Below are positions 25,400 to 38,799 of a stretch of DNA of 64,000 nucleotides, piece by piece. Position 1 is the stretch's first letter, and each line of letters opens with the position of its first letter. The stretch spans positions 50,158,001 to 50,222,000 of the forward strand of contig NC_043013.1 of the NCBI RefSeq assembly GCF_006345805.1, read 5' to 3'. Under the pieces are notes generated by a model. It was not told the DNA's origin and did no database searches. It worked only from the letters and a program-made list of their open reading frames with translations. The stretch is from Octopus sinensis (lineage: Eukaryota). A program made the translations under genes and the position numbers.

Positions 25400-28340
25400 A
25401 ATCCTACTCCTATCCCCAGTAGGGGCAACAGTCTTAACACGCTTGAATGTCTGAATGATGTCAGGTTAGAAGTGAGAACAGGTGAAGCATGTCTAACAAA
25501 CAAACACGATAACCACCTCCTTCTTTTCAGGCACTGAATAACATCTCTCCTCCCCAAGCCTTACTCCACATTCCTTTCCCAGTTTTCACAGTTGGCACTG
25601 TCAATATAGGCACATTGAAAGGTAGGTCTTGTGAGATTATAGAGATGCTTGAAAGGAGATGTGTCGAAGTATGCTGCATACAAGAGGTAAGATGGAGAGG
25701 AGCTTCAGTTAGGGTCCTCACAGGCAAGGCACATAGGTATAAAATTTTCTGGGAAGGTAATATGGATGGAGTAGGGGGTGAAGGCATACTCCTTGCAGAG
25801 AAATGGGTGGATAAGGTCATAGAGGTTGTAAGGGTATGCGACAGAGTGCTTAAGCTCAGGCTGGTCCTGCAGAACAGTACAGCTAAAAATTATCTGTCAA
25901 GCAGGCCTACCAAATGATTGGAAGGACCATTTTTATGATAACCTCTTACAGGCTACCTCAAAGATGAGTGGCAATGACCTCATCTTTGTGGCTCGAGATT
26001 TTAATGGGCATGTTGGGTGGCAATCCGGTATCTTCACTGGTGTACACAGGGGCCATGGTCTTGGTTCCTGAAACGAAGAGGAAACAGGCTACTGAAGTTC
26101 TGTGATGCATGTAACCTTTTAATATGCAACACTAACTTCAGGAAGCCAGACAGCCACCTAATAACTTATCAATCAGGTGACTTTGCTAACCAGATTGATT
26201 TCATCCTCACTAGACAGTGGGATGCAGGGTTGCTCTTAAATACAAAGACCCTCCTGGGTGAAGAATGTACCCCCTAACATAGACTAGTCATTAGTGACTA
26301 TAGACTCAAGGCAAGAAGGATGCCAAGAAGTAGACCAATCCAGAAAAGGATTTGGAAACTAAAGAACCCTTCACATGGTCAGAAATTTAGAGACAACTTC
26401 ATCAAGAAATTTAATGAGAGAGAGGAGGAGCTACAGATCTCGGACATAGAGGGTAGCTGGAAATTCCTATGGGATATCTTACTAAGTGCCACAGACCAAG
26501 TCTGCAGATGCTGCAAAGTCTCTTCCAGATTTAGAGTAACATGGTGGTGGAATAATACAGTAGACAAAGCCATTAGAGCAAAGAAACAGGCCTGGAAAGC
26601 CTGGAAGAGTGGGAGTAGCAAGGAACTGTACCAGATAGTAAGGAAGGAGGCTGGGCGACAGGTATAGATAGCCAACGGAGAAGTAGATAAGAAGAAGTTT
26701 GCCAAAGCCCAGTGACGTGAGGACCAGAGAACTGAAGTATTTGGGATTGTAAGACAATGTGTGAGAGAAATTGTGATGTCATAGAAGAGAAATGTGTTCG
26801 CATGGATAATGGTGCACTTGCTTTTAATGATTCTGAAAAGAAGCCATTATGAAAGACTGCTGAACATGGAGAATGAATGGGAGGAGGAGAGCCTGCTAAA
26901 TGTTGACCCAGTAGAAGGACCAGCTATTCGAATAGACAGCACCCTGGTAGATAAAGCAATTAAGAGTATGAAGCCAGGAAAAGCCCCCAGCCCATCAGGA
27001 ATCACTGCTGAGATGCTTAAAATATCTGGTGGTGTGGGCTATGGCCTAGTCACCTGCATTGTAAACCAGGTAGTTCATGATGGAGTCATACCCAATGACT
27101 GGCATAGCAGCACCATAGTCAACTGCTACAAGGGTAAAGGTGATGCTTTAGATAGAAATAACTACAGGGGTATCAAACTGCTGGGTCAAGTGATGAAGGT
27201 CCCAGAGAGGGTCATAGCCCAACTAATTAGGAAGAGAGTGTTTAGATGAGATGCAGTTTGGTTTTGTCCCAAACAGGTACTATACAGAGATGCTGTTAGT
27301 AAGGTTAGGGTTGGCAATGAGTATAGTGAAGAATTCCAGGTAGAAGTAGGGCTCCACTAAGGATCAGCTCTCAGCTCCCTCTTATTCATCATAGTCCTCC
27401 AGGCAATAACAGAGGAATTCAAGACAGGTTGCCCCTGGGAGCTCCTCTATGCTGATGACCTGGCCCTCATGGCAGAATCACTACCCAAACTAGAGAAGAA
27501 ATCTCAGGTGTGGAAGCAAGGTTTAGAATCGAAGGGTCTTAGAGTCAAGTTCACAAAAACCAAAGTCTTATTAAGTAGGAAGGTGAACACATCACACACC
27601 CCTTCAGGTAGATGGCCCTGCTCAATCTGTAGAATAGGTGTAGGTAGAAATTCCATAAGATGTAGCCAGTGTAAGCTATGGATGCAGCAACAAAGGAATA
27701 TTAACTGGGAAGATAGCTTTCGTGTGTGGAAGATGCACAGGGGTAATAAATACCACAGATGCTAAAACAGATTATATCACATGCCAGGGGGAGAAACTAG
27801 AAACAGTTGATAGCTTTTGCTACCTAGGTGACCAAGTCTGAAGTGGGGGGGGATGCTCAGAGAGAATTACCACTAGAATAAGAATAGCCTGGGCAGAGTT
27901 CAGAAAGCTTCTACCCCTCAAAGTGAAAGGTATATTGTACGACGCATGTGTGTAAACTGCCATGCTTCACAGCAGTGAAACATGGGCCGTGACTGCTGAA
28001 GACTTGTGTAGGCTCGAAAGAAATGAAGCTAGCATGATCCACTGGATGTGTAATGTCAGTGTGCACACACGACAAAGTGTAAGCACCCTGAGAGAAATGT
28101 TGAACATAAGAAGCATCGGATGTGGCGTGCAAGAGAGGTGTTCACGTTGGTATGGTCATTTACTACAGATGGATGAAGAGAACTGTGTGAAGAAGTGCCA
28201 CTCCAAAACAGTGGAAGGAAACCATGGAAGAGGGAAAGCCAGAAAGACATGGGATGAGGTGGTGAAGCATGACGAAAAACTGAGACCTCTGGAGATATAC
28301 TGTGACTGAGAAGACTCGGCATATAAAGTTAGATCACAGC
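25400..28340 (+). mobile_element. RTE-clade LINE, degenerate APE + RT
   Basis: VNIGTLKGRS...CCIQEVRWRG (APE); KAPSPSGITAEMLK...NNYRGIKLL and LLYADDL (RT); SETW C-terminal region. Confidence 0.85.
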
Positions 28341-29234
28341 TGTAGCCTATGCCAGTGTCGCATCAACACCCCACCTCACCCCACTCCACTGTAAAAGTAC
28401 TTTTGGATCATATGGCAACAAGCTGTACTTGAGGAGACCTATTGTGTCAAGTACATCAACATCAACATCAAAATCAAATCGAACCATAAAAAAATGGAAA
28501 TTGTAGTTTGGCTGATGCCAGTGCCCCCTGTCTGGCTCCCCGTGCCAGTGGAATGTAAAAAGCATGATCTGAATGTGGTCGATGCCAGCCCCTTTGCCCC
28601 GACTGGCTCCTGTGCAGGTGGCACGTAAAAAGCACCCACTACACTTTCAGAGTGGTTGGTGTTAGGAAGGGCATCCAGCTGTAGAAACTATGCCAGATCA
28701 AGACTGGAGCCTGGTGCAGCCATCTGGTTGCCAGCCCTCAGTCAAAACCGTCCAACCCTTGCTAGCATGGAAAGTGGACATTAAACGATGATGATAATGA
28801 TGATGATAATGGAGCCTCCTGGTTTCCCAGACCCCAGGCGAACCATCCAACCCATGTCATGGAGCCGCAAAGCATGCAGCACCATCGGGCGAGCGCCATG
28901 TATGTCGGGCCGGCGCCAGCAGGGCGTTGCGCAGTCGGCAGCAGCGGCAAGAGCGGCACGTTAGCAGGCTGTCACACTGCTGCAACTGCGCTGTTAGAGG
29001 GCCAAAAACAAAAGTATTTGGTAGTACTCGGGCGAGGGGGCCCGGCCACGACTTGGAAAATGGACGTTAAATGACGATGATGATGATGAAGAAGAAGAGA
29101 TAACTGAGCCCTGGAAAATGCTTCAATCAATAGTATTGTTTATTGCTGTTAAAGGGAATCATTGGCATGGTGAGTGTATTGGTAGATATTCTGAAAAATG
29201 ATAAAAAAATAAAAAAATACAAGATGGAACTTAC

Positions 29235-29288
29235 TTAGAAATTCTCCTCTATGAAACCAAGGCCGTCTGATCATTCCAGTAGTCTCAT
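29235..29288 (-). CDS. Host gene linker exon (54 nt, phase 1->1)
   Basis: Pyrimidine tract then cgcAG, donor |GTAAGT. The only open frame is phase 1: (Y)ETTGMIRRPWFHRGEFL, which fits both neighbours. Confidence 0.7.
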
Positions 29289-30606
29289 CTGCGTTTTTTT
29301 TAAGTCAAAAGAAAACAATTATAAAATAGAATGTTCTCCAATTACATGAGCATTCTTTTTACTTTTTACCGTGCAAACAATAACTAGAATTCTTGTTGAA
29401 GAAAGCTTAAGATCCTTTTGCTCTCTTTCTTTTCATTCTATGTTTACTTTTCATGAGTGTGAAAGTTATAGAAGTGGGTTACAAATTGTAGTTACTGTAG
29501 ATTAAATCTTGAAATCTCCCATGGAGCATATTAAAGACACAGAAACAATGAATCAAATATATGATGGCAACGCAAAAACCAATATATTAGATATTGTTCT
29601 AATCAAATTGACATCTAATATTTTTCAAAAACAATTAATCTCTTTACATTTATATATTTGTTGTGCAAGATTTTTTATGTGAAGTCGTGTGTTGAAACGG
29701 ACATTGTTGTATTTCGGAATGGTCATTTTGCCAGTTTAGCCAATAAAATCTTTTTCTAATGGCTTTATTCATCTGGAATAGACTGTAGCCATGGCCTTAT
29801 CAGGCCTCCTGAGGCTGGCCACATCTATAAATCAAAAACTGTAGACAAAACGGGTGGGGAGAAGAAGGAAAGCATAATCCATGTGAATTCATGTTACTTT
29901 TGAATGTGGGTCATTATTGAGGACAAATCCAATGCAATACCACATGACAGCATTGCGATGCTGAAGACTTATTTGGGAGTTATTCAGGTCTTTCAATGTG
30001 GCTGAGGCAAACTTTATCATATGTTGATGGTAAAAGAAATAAACTTGCAAAATTTTATGACTCTTTCTATCTTTACATTTACCTTAGTTACATGCTTTGA
30101 AACATCTCAGCAGCACAGTTTTTATTTAGCTGTACAACTCAGTACAGTCAACTAGTTAGTGCAGAGAAAGAATAGGTTGTTATAGTAACAATGTCAAGTA
30201 CACTGCTTTCCCGAATTTCTCTAAAGCAACAAAACACTTGTCAATGATATAGGAGAGCAAGTCCCTTGCAGACTTGGTTCAATGAAATCTGTGTTGGTCA
30301 ACACACACACACACAAGGAGTAAAATTCAAGATGTTGGAGAAAGTGGTTGTTAATAAGTGTTTCTGTTACTTTTGAGATGCTGGAAATGAGAGGCATGGG
30401 TTGATAATTGGCAGGATCAAAGTTTTCTTTACTGAGCATGCAACAACTGCAGCATATTCCAGAAGAACAGATGGTAAAACTGAATAGTTTAGCAATAATA
30501 TGGACTAGCTTTGGAGTGCACTATTTGAGGATAACAAAAGCGACATTATCAGGACCAGTAACCTGCTCGATTTGAAGCAACCAAAAGTATTTTCAAATTT
30601 GGCATG

Positions 30607-30850
30607 TGTGGTGTTTGGTGAAAGAGTGTGACGGATAGGGGAGAGCGGAAGTAGGGCTCGCAGGGCTTGCAGGAAGCGGAAGTCACAGGCACAACGCACG
30701 TGTGGCATCGATGAGTTGGGGCAGACACGACGAAGGCACCAGACGATCGAGTTGGCTAAGAGTTATCCGAATTCATCTCCGACGAGGTAAGACCCAATTA
30801 CATTTCCATTCTTCCTTTTCTGTTGTACTCTTTTCACCGTTCACACTACA
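30607..30850 (+). mobile_element. Solo LTR (244 bp)
   Basis: TGTGGTGT...ACACTACA termini with perfect 5-bp TSD GCATG (30602-30606 / 30851-30855). Confidence 0.85.
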
Positions 30851-33156
30851 GCATGTATGTGTACATAGTGATGAGACTGGTAGATTGGAAAAGAAATGTT
30901 TCATGGAGGAATTTTACCAAATATGTATTACACTGAACTTGGATGCAAATTAGACAGAGAGCAAATGTGAAAGCTTTTTCAATGAAAATACTACTTACAA
31001 AGACATGCTCAAGGAGTGACGTGTAAGAGGATTCTACAAAGTTGGTAGAAAGGATTTTTGCCAAAAAAAAACAGCTAAATTTTTGGTGGCAGGAAAGTTT
31101 GCAGACTTTGCGGTACAAAGGTATTGTTTACTTTATGAATGGTTGTCGTGGATAATTTGCAATAACAGTAGAAAACCATCCAGTTGGTTGAGGTGAATAT
31201 TCATTGAATACAACTAGTAACTCTCTACTTAATTGAAATTCTCTCATGTTAATCCTAATTATTTTCTCCTCAAGTAATTTCTTGTGTGATTCCTGAGATC
31301 AATCCCTTGCTACTCTCAGATATCCATATTGTTATTTGTAGTTACTTTGCAGTATCTTCATTTGGGATGGAAGCACTCCGTCGGTTACAACGACGAGGGT
31401 TCCGGTTGATCCGAATCAACGGAACAGCCTGCTCGTGAAATTGACATGTAAGTGGCTGAGCACTTCAAGGACACGTGTACCCTTAACGTAGTTCTTGGGG
31501 ATATTCAGCGTGACACAGAGAGTGACAAGGCCGGCCCTTTGAAATACAGGTACAACAGAAACAGGAAGTAAGAGTGAGAGAAAGTTGTGGTGAAAGAGTA
31601 CAGCAGGGATCACCACCATCCCCTGCTGGAGCCTCGTGGAGCTTTAGGTGTTTTCACTCAATAAACACTCACAACGCCCGGTCTGGGAATCGAAACTGCG
31701 ATCCTATGACCGCGAGTCCGCTGCCCTAACCACTGGGCCATTGCGCCTCCTCATCTTCATTTATCCATGATATGAAGACATAACTCTAGTCTAGCTATCA
31801 GTCACTCTCATCATATATTCATATTATGATGACATACCCTTATTGTAGCAACCTTTATTATCATCATTAACATCAATGGAAATTGTAGCTGTGATACCAG
31901 TGCCGGGGGCACGTAAGAGAACCATCCGAACGTGGCCGTTGCCAGCGCCACCCTGACTGGCCTCCATGCTGGTGGCATGTAAAAGGAACCATCCGATCGT
32001 GGCTGTTTGTCAGCCTGGCCTGGCCTCCGTGCCAGTGGCACGTAAAAAGCACTATCCGATTGTGGCCGTTTGCCAGCCTCGTCTGGCACCTGTGTTGGTG
32101 GCACGTAAAAAGCACCCACTACACTCACAGAGTGGTTGGCGTTAGGAAGGGCATCCAGCCGTAGAAACATTGCCAGATCAGACTGGGCCTGGTGCAGCCT
32201 TCTGGCTTCCCAGACCCCAGTTGAACCGTCCAACCCATGCCAACATACCTTCTTCAACTACACAACTAGAAAAAAACACTTTGTGTAGTTGTACAACCTG
32301 CTAGAGAGAGTAGACAATTCTCGCATAAATTCTCTTGAAATAGGAAGGATACAATGGATAATGTATATCTGACATAGGTAGAACATTCTTTGATTATAGG
32401 TCTGCTCAATTTAGACTGACCTGGGACTAACCAACAGTTTCTAGCCAGCCTACTTAACCTTTGTGTATACCACTTGAACCACTCTAGGTATCATCCACTA
32501 CCTTCACATGTTCCTGAAAATTTGACCAACTTCATGCTAACCACTATCCACTTCTATCACATATCAGAACCAGTTATCTTTATTCTAGCAACCATTCACC
32601 ACCACTGGAACCATGCTACTTTCAAAAACCATTAGATTATTCTCTTTTACTTGTTTCAGTCATTTGACTGTGGCCATGCTGGAGCACCGCCTTTAGTCGA
32701 GCAAATCGACCCCGGGACTTATTCTTTGTAAGCCCAGTACTTATTCCATCGGTCTCTTTTGCCGAACCGCTAGGTGACGGGGATGTAAACACACCAGCAT
32801 CGGTTGTCAAGCAATGCTAGGGGGACAAACACAGACACACAAACACATACACACACATATATATATATATATACATATATACGACGGGCTTCTTTTCAGT
32901 TTCCGTCTACCAAATCCACTCACAAGGCATTAGTCGGCCTGGGGCCATAGCAGAAGACACTTGCCCAAGATGCCACGCAGTGGGACTGAACCCAGAACCA
33001 TGTGGTTGGTTAGCAAGCTACTTACCACACAGCCACTCAGTCATTGAATGGTAGTGGGGTATCGCATTAAACCATCACATGATGTAGATGTGGCAATATA
33101 GAGTCGTGAATATAAATGTTGATATTGAAATAAGTAGAAAGATTAATAATACTCAC

Positions 33157-33320
33157 AGTCTACTTTATACATCATGTTTACACCAGTAACATTAGTCTGA
33201 GACTGGCATACATCAATGTATATTTCTGATGACTTGGTAGAAATCTGGCAGTTGGATTGGTATGAAGGAGCAAGTACCATCTGGTTGGCTGGCGTTGCAA
33301 CGATTTTGATAAGGGGACAC
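33157..33320 (-). CDS. Host gene exon (164 nt, phase 2->1): second half of CUB-like repeat 1
   Basis: Acceptor ...atcgttatAG, donor |GTGAGT. Reads CPLIKIVATPANQMVLAPSYQSNCQISTKSSEIYIDVCQSQTNVTGVNMMYKVD (inside track ORF 33143-33349). Same phases and similar motifs as exon 16210-16382. Confidence 0.85.
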
Positions 33321-33547
33321 CTATAACGATATTTGAATACATTACACACAAATTAAACAAGAGGATACTCACGCAAACACACAGATTCAGTTATACACAC
33401 AAATAAAAGACAAACACACATAAAACACATATAAACATGCCAAAGACTATAGTGGTCAGAGTCCTACAGTAAAATCAGCACAAGTTAGACTGCTCAACAT
33501 TGTCTGTATTCAATGCAGACAACATGACGTGGTTGCTGGAGTGACAG

Positions 33548-34043
33548 AAAATATGACCTATTTAACAAGGCTCAGAATATGACCTATATAACAAGGCTCA
33601 GAATATGACCTATATAACAAGGCTCAGAATATGACCTATATAACAAGGCTCAGAATATGACCTATATAACAAGGCTCAGAATATGACCTATATAACAAGG
33701 CTCAGAATATGACCTATAACAAGGCTCAGAATATGACTATATAACAAGGCTCAGAATATGACCTATATAACAAGGATCAGAATATGACCTATATAACAAG
33801 GATCAGAATATGACCTATATAACAAGGCTCAGAATATGACCTATATAACATGGCTCAGAATATGACCTATATAACAAGGCTCAGAATATGACCTATATAA
33901 CAAGGATCAGAATATGACCTATATAACAAGGCTCAGAATATGACCTATATAACAAGGCTCCGAATATGACCTATATAACAAGGCTCAGAATATGACCTAT
34001 ATAACAAGGCTCAGAATATGACCTATATAACAAGGCTCAGAAT
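33548..34043. repeat. 26-bp minisatellite, about 19 copies
   Basis: Unit GAATATGACCTATATAACAAGGCTCA with few variants. Confidence 0.95.
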
Positions 34044-34217
34044 ACACTGTGATGCGACGTGAAGTGGAAAGTACAAACATAGAATATGAACACCAAATTT
34101 ATTTTGACTCCACCCAAGCCTCTTCTATGTGTGTCCTCTCCTCAGCCCTCTACTTCATGGGAGGTCAAGCAATATCATACTTGTGCCACGAATAATAGGC
34201 AGAGGAGGGGAAGGAAG

Positions 34218-35048
34218 GGATCTTTTCGGTTTGAACGACAGTTTTTAACATAATTTCTAGGTAACTAAAAAATTTTAAACTTCGTATACTGGTAGAATGT
34301 GTTTATAAAACATCTTTTTCTCTTGGCTTTATTGAGAAAATTCTATAGGTTGTAAGATATTTCGTCTTTAATTTTGAGCATTTCGGCAATTTTAACCAAT
34401 CGCTGGCGTCCATTTAGGTAAATAACATTCTGTGCATAATGAATATGTCCCTCCTTTAAGAAACAGATTGGGTTTATTTACATTTGTGAAAAAAAGATAC
34501 CCTTCCCCACCCCTAACCCTAACCCTAAATCTAAAATAGATTGAAATATAATAGATCGATACCAGGGCCATAATTATGGGTGACATTTTCATTTGACACC
34601 GCTAGAAAAAAATCCCATTTTCCATAGCGGTGTCGTATGACCTATTTAACAAGGCTCAGAATACACTGTGATTGTTACCCATAATTATAACCCTAGTATC
34701 GATCTATTGCATTTCAATCTATTTTAGATTTAGGGTTAGAGTTAGGGTTAGGGGTTAGTGAGAGGGTATCTTTTTTTTCACAAATGTAAATAAACCCAAT
34801 CTGTTTCTTAAAAGCGGGACATATTCATTATGCACAGAATGTTATTTACCTAAATGGAGGTCAGCGATTGGTTAAAATTCCTGAAATGCTCGAAATTAAA
34901 GACGAAATTTGTTACAACATATAGAATTTTCTCAATAAAACCAAGAAAAAACTATGTTTTATAAACACATTCTACCAGTATACGAAGTTTAAAATTTTTT
35001 AGTTAACTAGAAATTGTGTTGAAAAGTGCCGTTCAAAAGGAAAAGATC
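34218..35048. repeat. Inverted pair of the same MITE forming a fold-back of about 830 bp
   Basis: 34218-34612 matches the reverse complement of about 34617-35048 along its length. Confidence 0.85.
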
Positions 35049-35099
35049 TGAAGGAAGTGCTCTAACTGTAAACAAATTTTTTCACTTGTCTTGCATCAG

Positions 35100-37850
35100 A
35101 CTCATGTTACGCACTTCCTTACACTGGTGGCTCTGCTTTTGGCTGCCTAACATCCAGTGGACACAACATTCATCCCATCTTTGCGAGCACTTGAGACTCT
35201 TCCTCTTCCCATCCTCTACACGGCAGGAAGCTGAGCAATGCCACATCTGTGTCACACACAACAGGCAGAAGAAGGTAAAGAAGTGTTCCAACTGTAACAA
35301 TTCTTCCACCCTCTTGCATCAAACTCATTCATTGCACCTCAGAATCCTTGCACTTGTGGCACTGCCCAAGTTGCTGAACTTCAGTGGAGGGATGGACATC
35401 CCTCTCAACACTATAGGTGGACACAGAAGTGTAGCATGGTGAGGACTTGATCCTGCTCAGCCTTGACAAAGTCTTTGTGGTGGCTTCCAATCTCAAGTAG
35501 TTACAGAAAACCATCATCAGGATCCCCAATGCCACCTGAGATTTTGTGGTCAAAGTGCTAGCATTGTTTATAGACCAAGCACTTGCTACTAACAGCTCAC
35601 AAGACTGGAACAAATTATTCAGTTTTGTAACACTTGTTCTCAAGGATCTCATCAGCAGGCCTCTTCCAATTGTGTGAAAAGGCTCTGAGTCCAGGTCAAT
35701 CACAAAGTAATTCAGGGTCATAAATATGACCTCAAGCAACACAGTGCTCAGACCCACACTGTATGTTATGGCTATTCACCATTTCAAGCATCTGAATCTT
35801 CTGGCAGCTATCAGAGATTTCCAAATCCCTGACAGTAACATGGCCTTCACCACAGCCAATAAGAAATGTGGCTGCTATCCTGGGATCCTTCCCTATGTGC
35901 AGCAGTGGAAGAGTAGATGGCCTGTGATGCAACCACCCTAGAGATTTAATGCTGCCACACTCTGCCAAGACAGAAGCATGTTTCCTCCAATCTATCACTG
36001 CTCTGGCAAGCAGTCTTCTTCATGTGGACCCTGCACTACATGAAGAAAACTGTACAAGATCTCTCCTCAGCCAACCTGAATATGCTGAATTATGAAGGCA
36101 TCTGTCTGATAGCAGAGGGTAAAGTTTTTCAATGACTTGCAGCCAGGATAACAAGTGGACCAGTCAGAGATGGCTTGAGCAGAGCACTGAGCCTTGTCCA
36201 TCTGGGAGTGGGAATCAAGTGCAGATGTTAGGCTTCAACAGTATTAGGCAGGACCACATCTAGGAGATGTATCTAAGACATGCTGCTCCCTCATTACACC
36301 CCCTTGCACACTCCTCATATGGAACACTCAGCACATTCATGGCTGCTGGACAATAGGATCACTTCCAAGACAAGTGTCCAGTAAGATGACCCTCTTGGCC
36401 TGCTCCTTTTTTGTGTTGGCTATCAATGATGTTATCCATTCAGTGCACTCACACTTCAATGTTCCTGGGTGGCTCAGCTGGGGACCTTCTGCAGACAATC
36501 CCAGCAGTAAAGCTCCTTAAGCTTGAGACCAGTCCATTCAATGTGAGCTATGGTGAGACTGAATTTCAGGATGGTATACTCAGCATCCAGTCCATCTTGG
36601 CAGGGTTCAGCTGACACCAAAGGATGCTGTATCATTTTTGCTTCCCAGTCCTCCTGAAAACCATGCAAGAGTGCCTGGAGATCAATCTTACAGTGCTGTC
36701 CGGGATGACAGAGAGATTGCACCTCATTGATGTACACTCAGCTTTCTTCCTCTTGAAGAATTGCTTTTCTCTGCCTCAGCTTCATTTCTTGTTACGCAGT
36801 GCACTAAGTGACCTTCTCACTCATCAACTCGGTGAAATTGATACCATCATCTGGAGATGTGCTGAACTGATCTGCAATGTTAGTTTTGACAGTGTACAGC
36901 AGGCACCAGTAGAAACTACTGTTAAATTCTCTGGCCTTGGCCTCCGTTCCACTTCAGACCTGGTGCTATCAGCCTATCTTTCCTCAATCTCCTCCAGCCA
37001 TACCTTCATCAGTGAGGTACTCCACTGGACAGCTGAACTTGATGTGGCCCAGGAACTGGAGTCAGCTCTTGCTAATTGGACTGCCGAAGGCCTTGCCATC
37101 TCCCAGAATACAAATGTGCAATGTAACAGAGATGACATTAAGTGCAAGTCAACCTTCAGGCAAACTGAGGTTTCCTTGAACAGTACTACCTCACCGTCCC
37201 CATTCTGTTTGGCAGCCAAACAGCAGCACATGGCTTGATTCAGTGTCTTCCCCATCAACTGGTACCCTTCTTGATGACAAGTGCACTCACATCAGAGTAG
37301 CCCAGCACTCCAGTCTCTGTATGTGCACAAATTCCATTGTGGGGCTGTAGTTGACAAACTCAACTTGCATCCATTATCCTACTACATGGGCTGGTTCCCT
37401 TGACATGCTGTTCTGAATGATATTATCAGAAGGGGTCTTGACCTGGCCAGCTTCTCATCACAACTAGAGCTAGCAGGTCTTGACTGCAGGGACGGTAAGC
37501 ACCCTGAAAGAATAACCCTCTTTCCATATGAGGGAGATAAGTCCCTAATCTAGGATGTGACATGCTCCAACACATTCTCTCCTTCCACCCTTGCCACATC
37601 AACAGAAAACCCAGGTAAGGCCACCCACAATGCAGAGAAGAGGAAGATATACCTGAGTTTGATTGGCCACCAGTCAGGTATCCTTGGACCTGACACTGCT
37701 GGTTTCCTCCAAAAAATCAGAATGACAGCAGCCAATCTAAGAAATGAGCCCTGTAAGAGGGGGTAGCTGTTGCAGGCCACTCTCTGTGACAATAACTTTG
37801 CTATAATGTCAATGGGGTGCAGCTGAACACACCATTCAGACAAGAGTATA
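35100..37850 (+). mobile_element. CRE-clade (restriction-like endonuclease) non-LTR retrotransposon remnant
   Basis: Degenerate VQ*DDPLG..LFVLAIND (GVQQGDPLGP), HSAFFLLKNCFSLPQLHFLLRS and SGLGLRS. C-terminal HAVLNDIIRRGL...DGKHPE..TLFPY...WDVTCSNTFSPS resembles CRE RT and REL domains. Confidence 0.75.
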
Positions 37851-38084
37851 CAGCCTATATATAAGTCTATATATCCTTCCTTTCTTTAGAGAGTACTGTA
37901 TAATTTCAGGGAGATCTGGCTACTAATTCCAGATGATTCTGCAATGATGGTTATGATAATGGGCAGAATAGTAATGATGATGATGACGAGGACAAAGACA
38001 GCAGTGGTAATGATCACGGTGGTGATGATGGTGATAATGACTAATAATCAGCTGTGATGCATATAAAGTAATATACATACAAGT

Positions 38085-38179
38085 ATAAGGTTGCGAGCAG
38101 GCAGAATCATTAGTGTGCCAGAGAAAATGCTTAGCAACATTTCATCCCTTTTTGTGTTCCAAGTTCAAATGCCACTGAA
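38085..38179 (+). mobile_element. SINE 5' half, split by the hAT
   Basis: gcgagcaggcagaatcattag...ccaagttcaaatgccactga. It continues at 49226-49348 (ccgctgaggttgat...aagtacc...gccttgtgccaaaatttgaaacc). Confidence 0.65.
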
Positions 38180-38799
38180 CAGTGGTGGACACAGCTAACC
38201 AAAATGTTAGATTCACTAACCACCAATCCACTAACTAAAAAAGTTAGCTTTGCAAATGCTAATCAGCTCAACAGGTAAAAAAAATTAGCACAAGCTAATG
38301 CTAAATGATAACTGCTAACTTTTATTATGAATTTAGTTTCAGTTTGGGTTTTCAGATCTAAAATCCCTGAAAACAGACCTAGAGAGCTGAAGTTTTTTTG
38401 TTGTAGCTTAGACGTAGAGCCTTCCAAACAGGTATAGCATGCCAAGATCAGGTGATAATCAAGGTGTACTCAAATAATCAAATGAACAAATGAAATTAAA
38501 CATTAGTTTTTCAGTCGTCATATGCTTTATTTACTGTACAAAAAGTATTAAACGAATCAAAAAGTTATATAGTTTAGCATAGGTATCATACCAAGATCAG
38601 GTGATGATGAAAGTGTACAGCCAGGTCTTCACTATGTTCTGCACATGGGATTTCAGTAACCTGTAGCTCCTGCTTTCCCATAACTGAGTGACATTACTGA
38701 AGAGACCATCTTCCTCCATCCTCATTGCTGGTGATGTTGCTGCCCACCACACTGGTCACCATTAGGGCTGTCTCTACGACGGTCTCAGTGGTATTCATT

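Noticed and set aside
30999-31290. 35-nt exon candidate (30999-31033) and a 54-codon open stretch at about 31131-31290
   Set aside because: Phases do not fit between exons 33157 and 29288, and the longer stretch lacks a pyrimidine-rich acceptor.
33548-34043. Array as CRISPR-like
   Set aside because: Units are contiguous with no unique spacers, and the context is eukaryotic.
34508-34760. CCCTAA/TTAGGG telomere-like repeats
   Set aside because: Only 2-4 units, and they are internal to the MITE (also present at about 24250).
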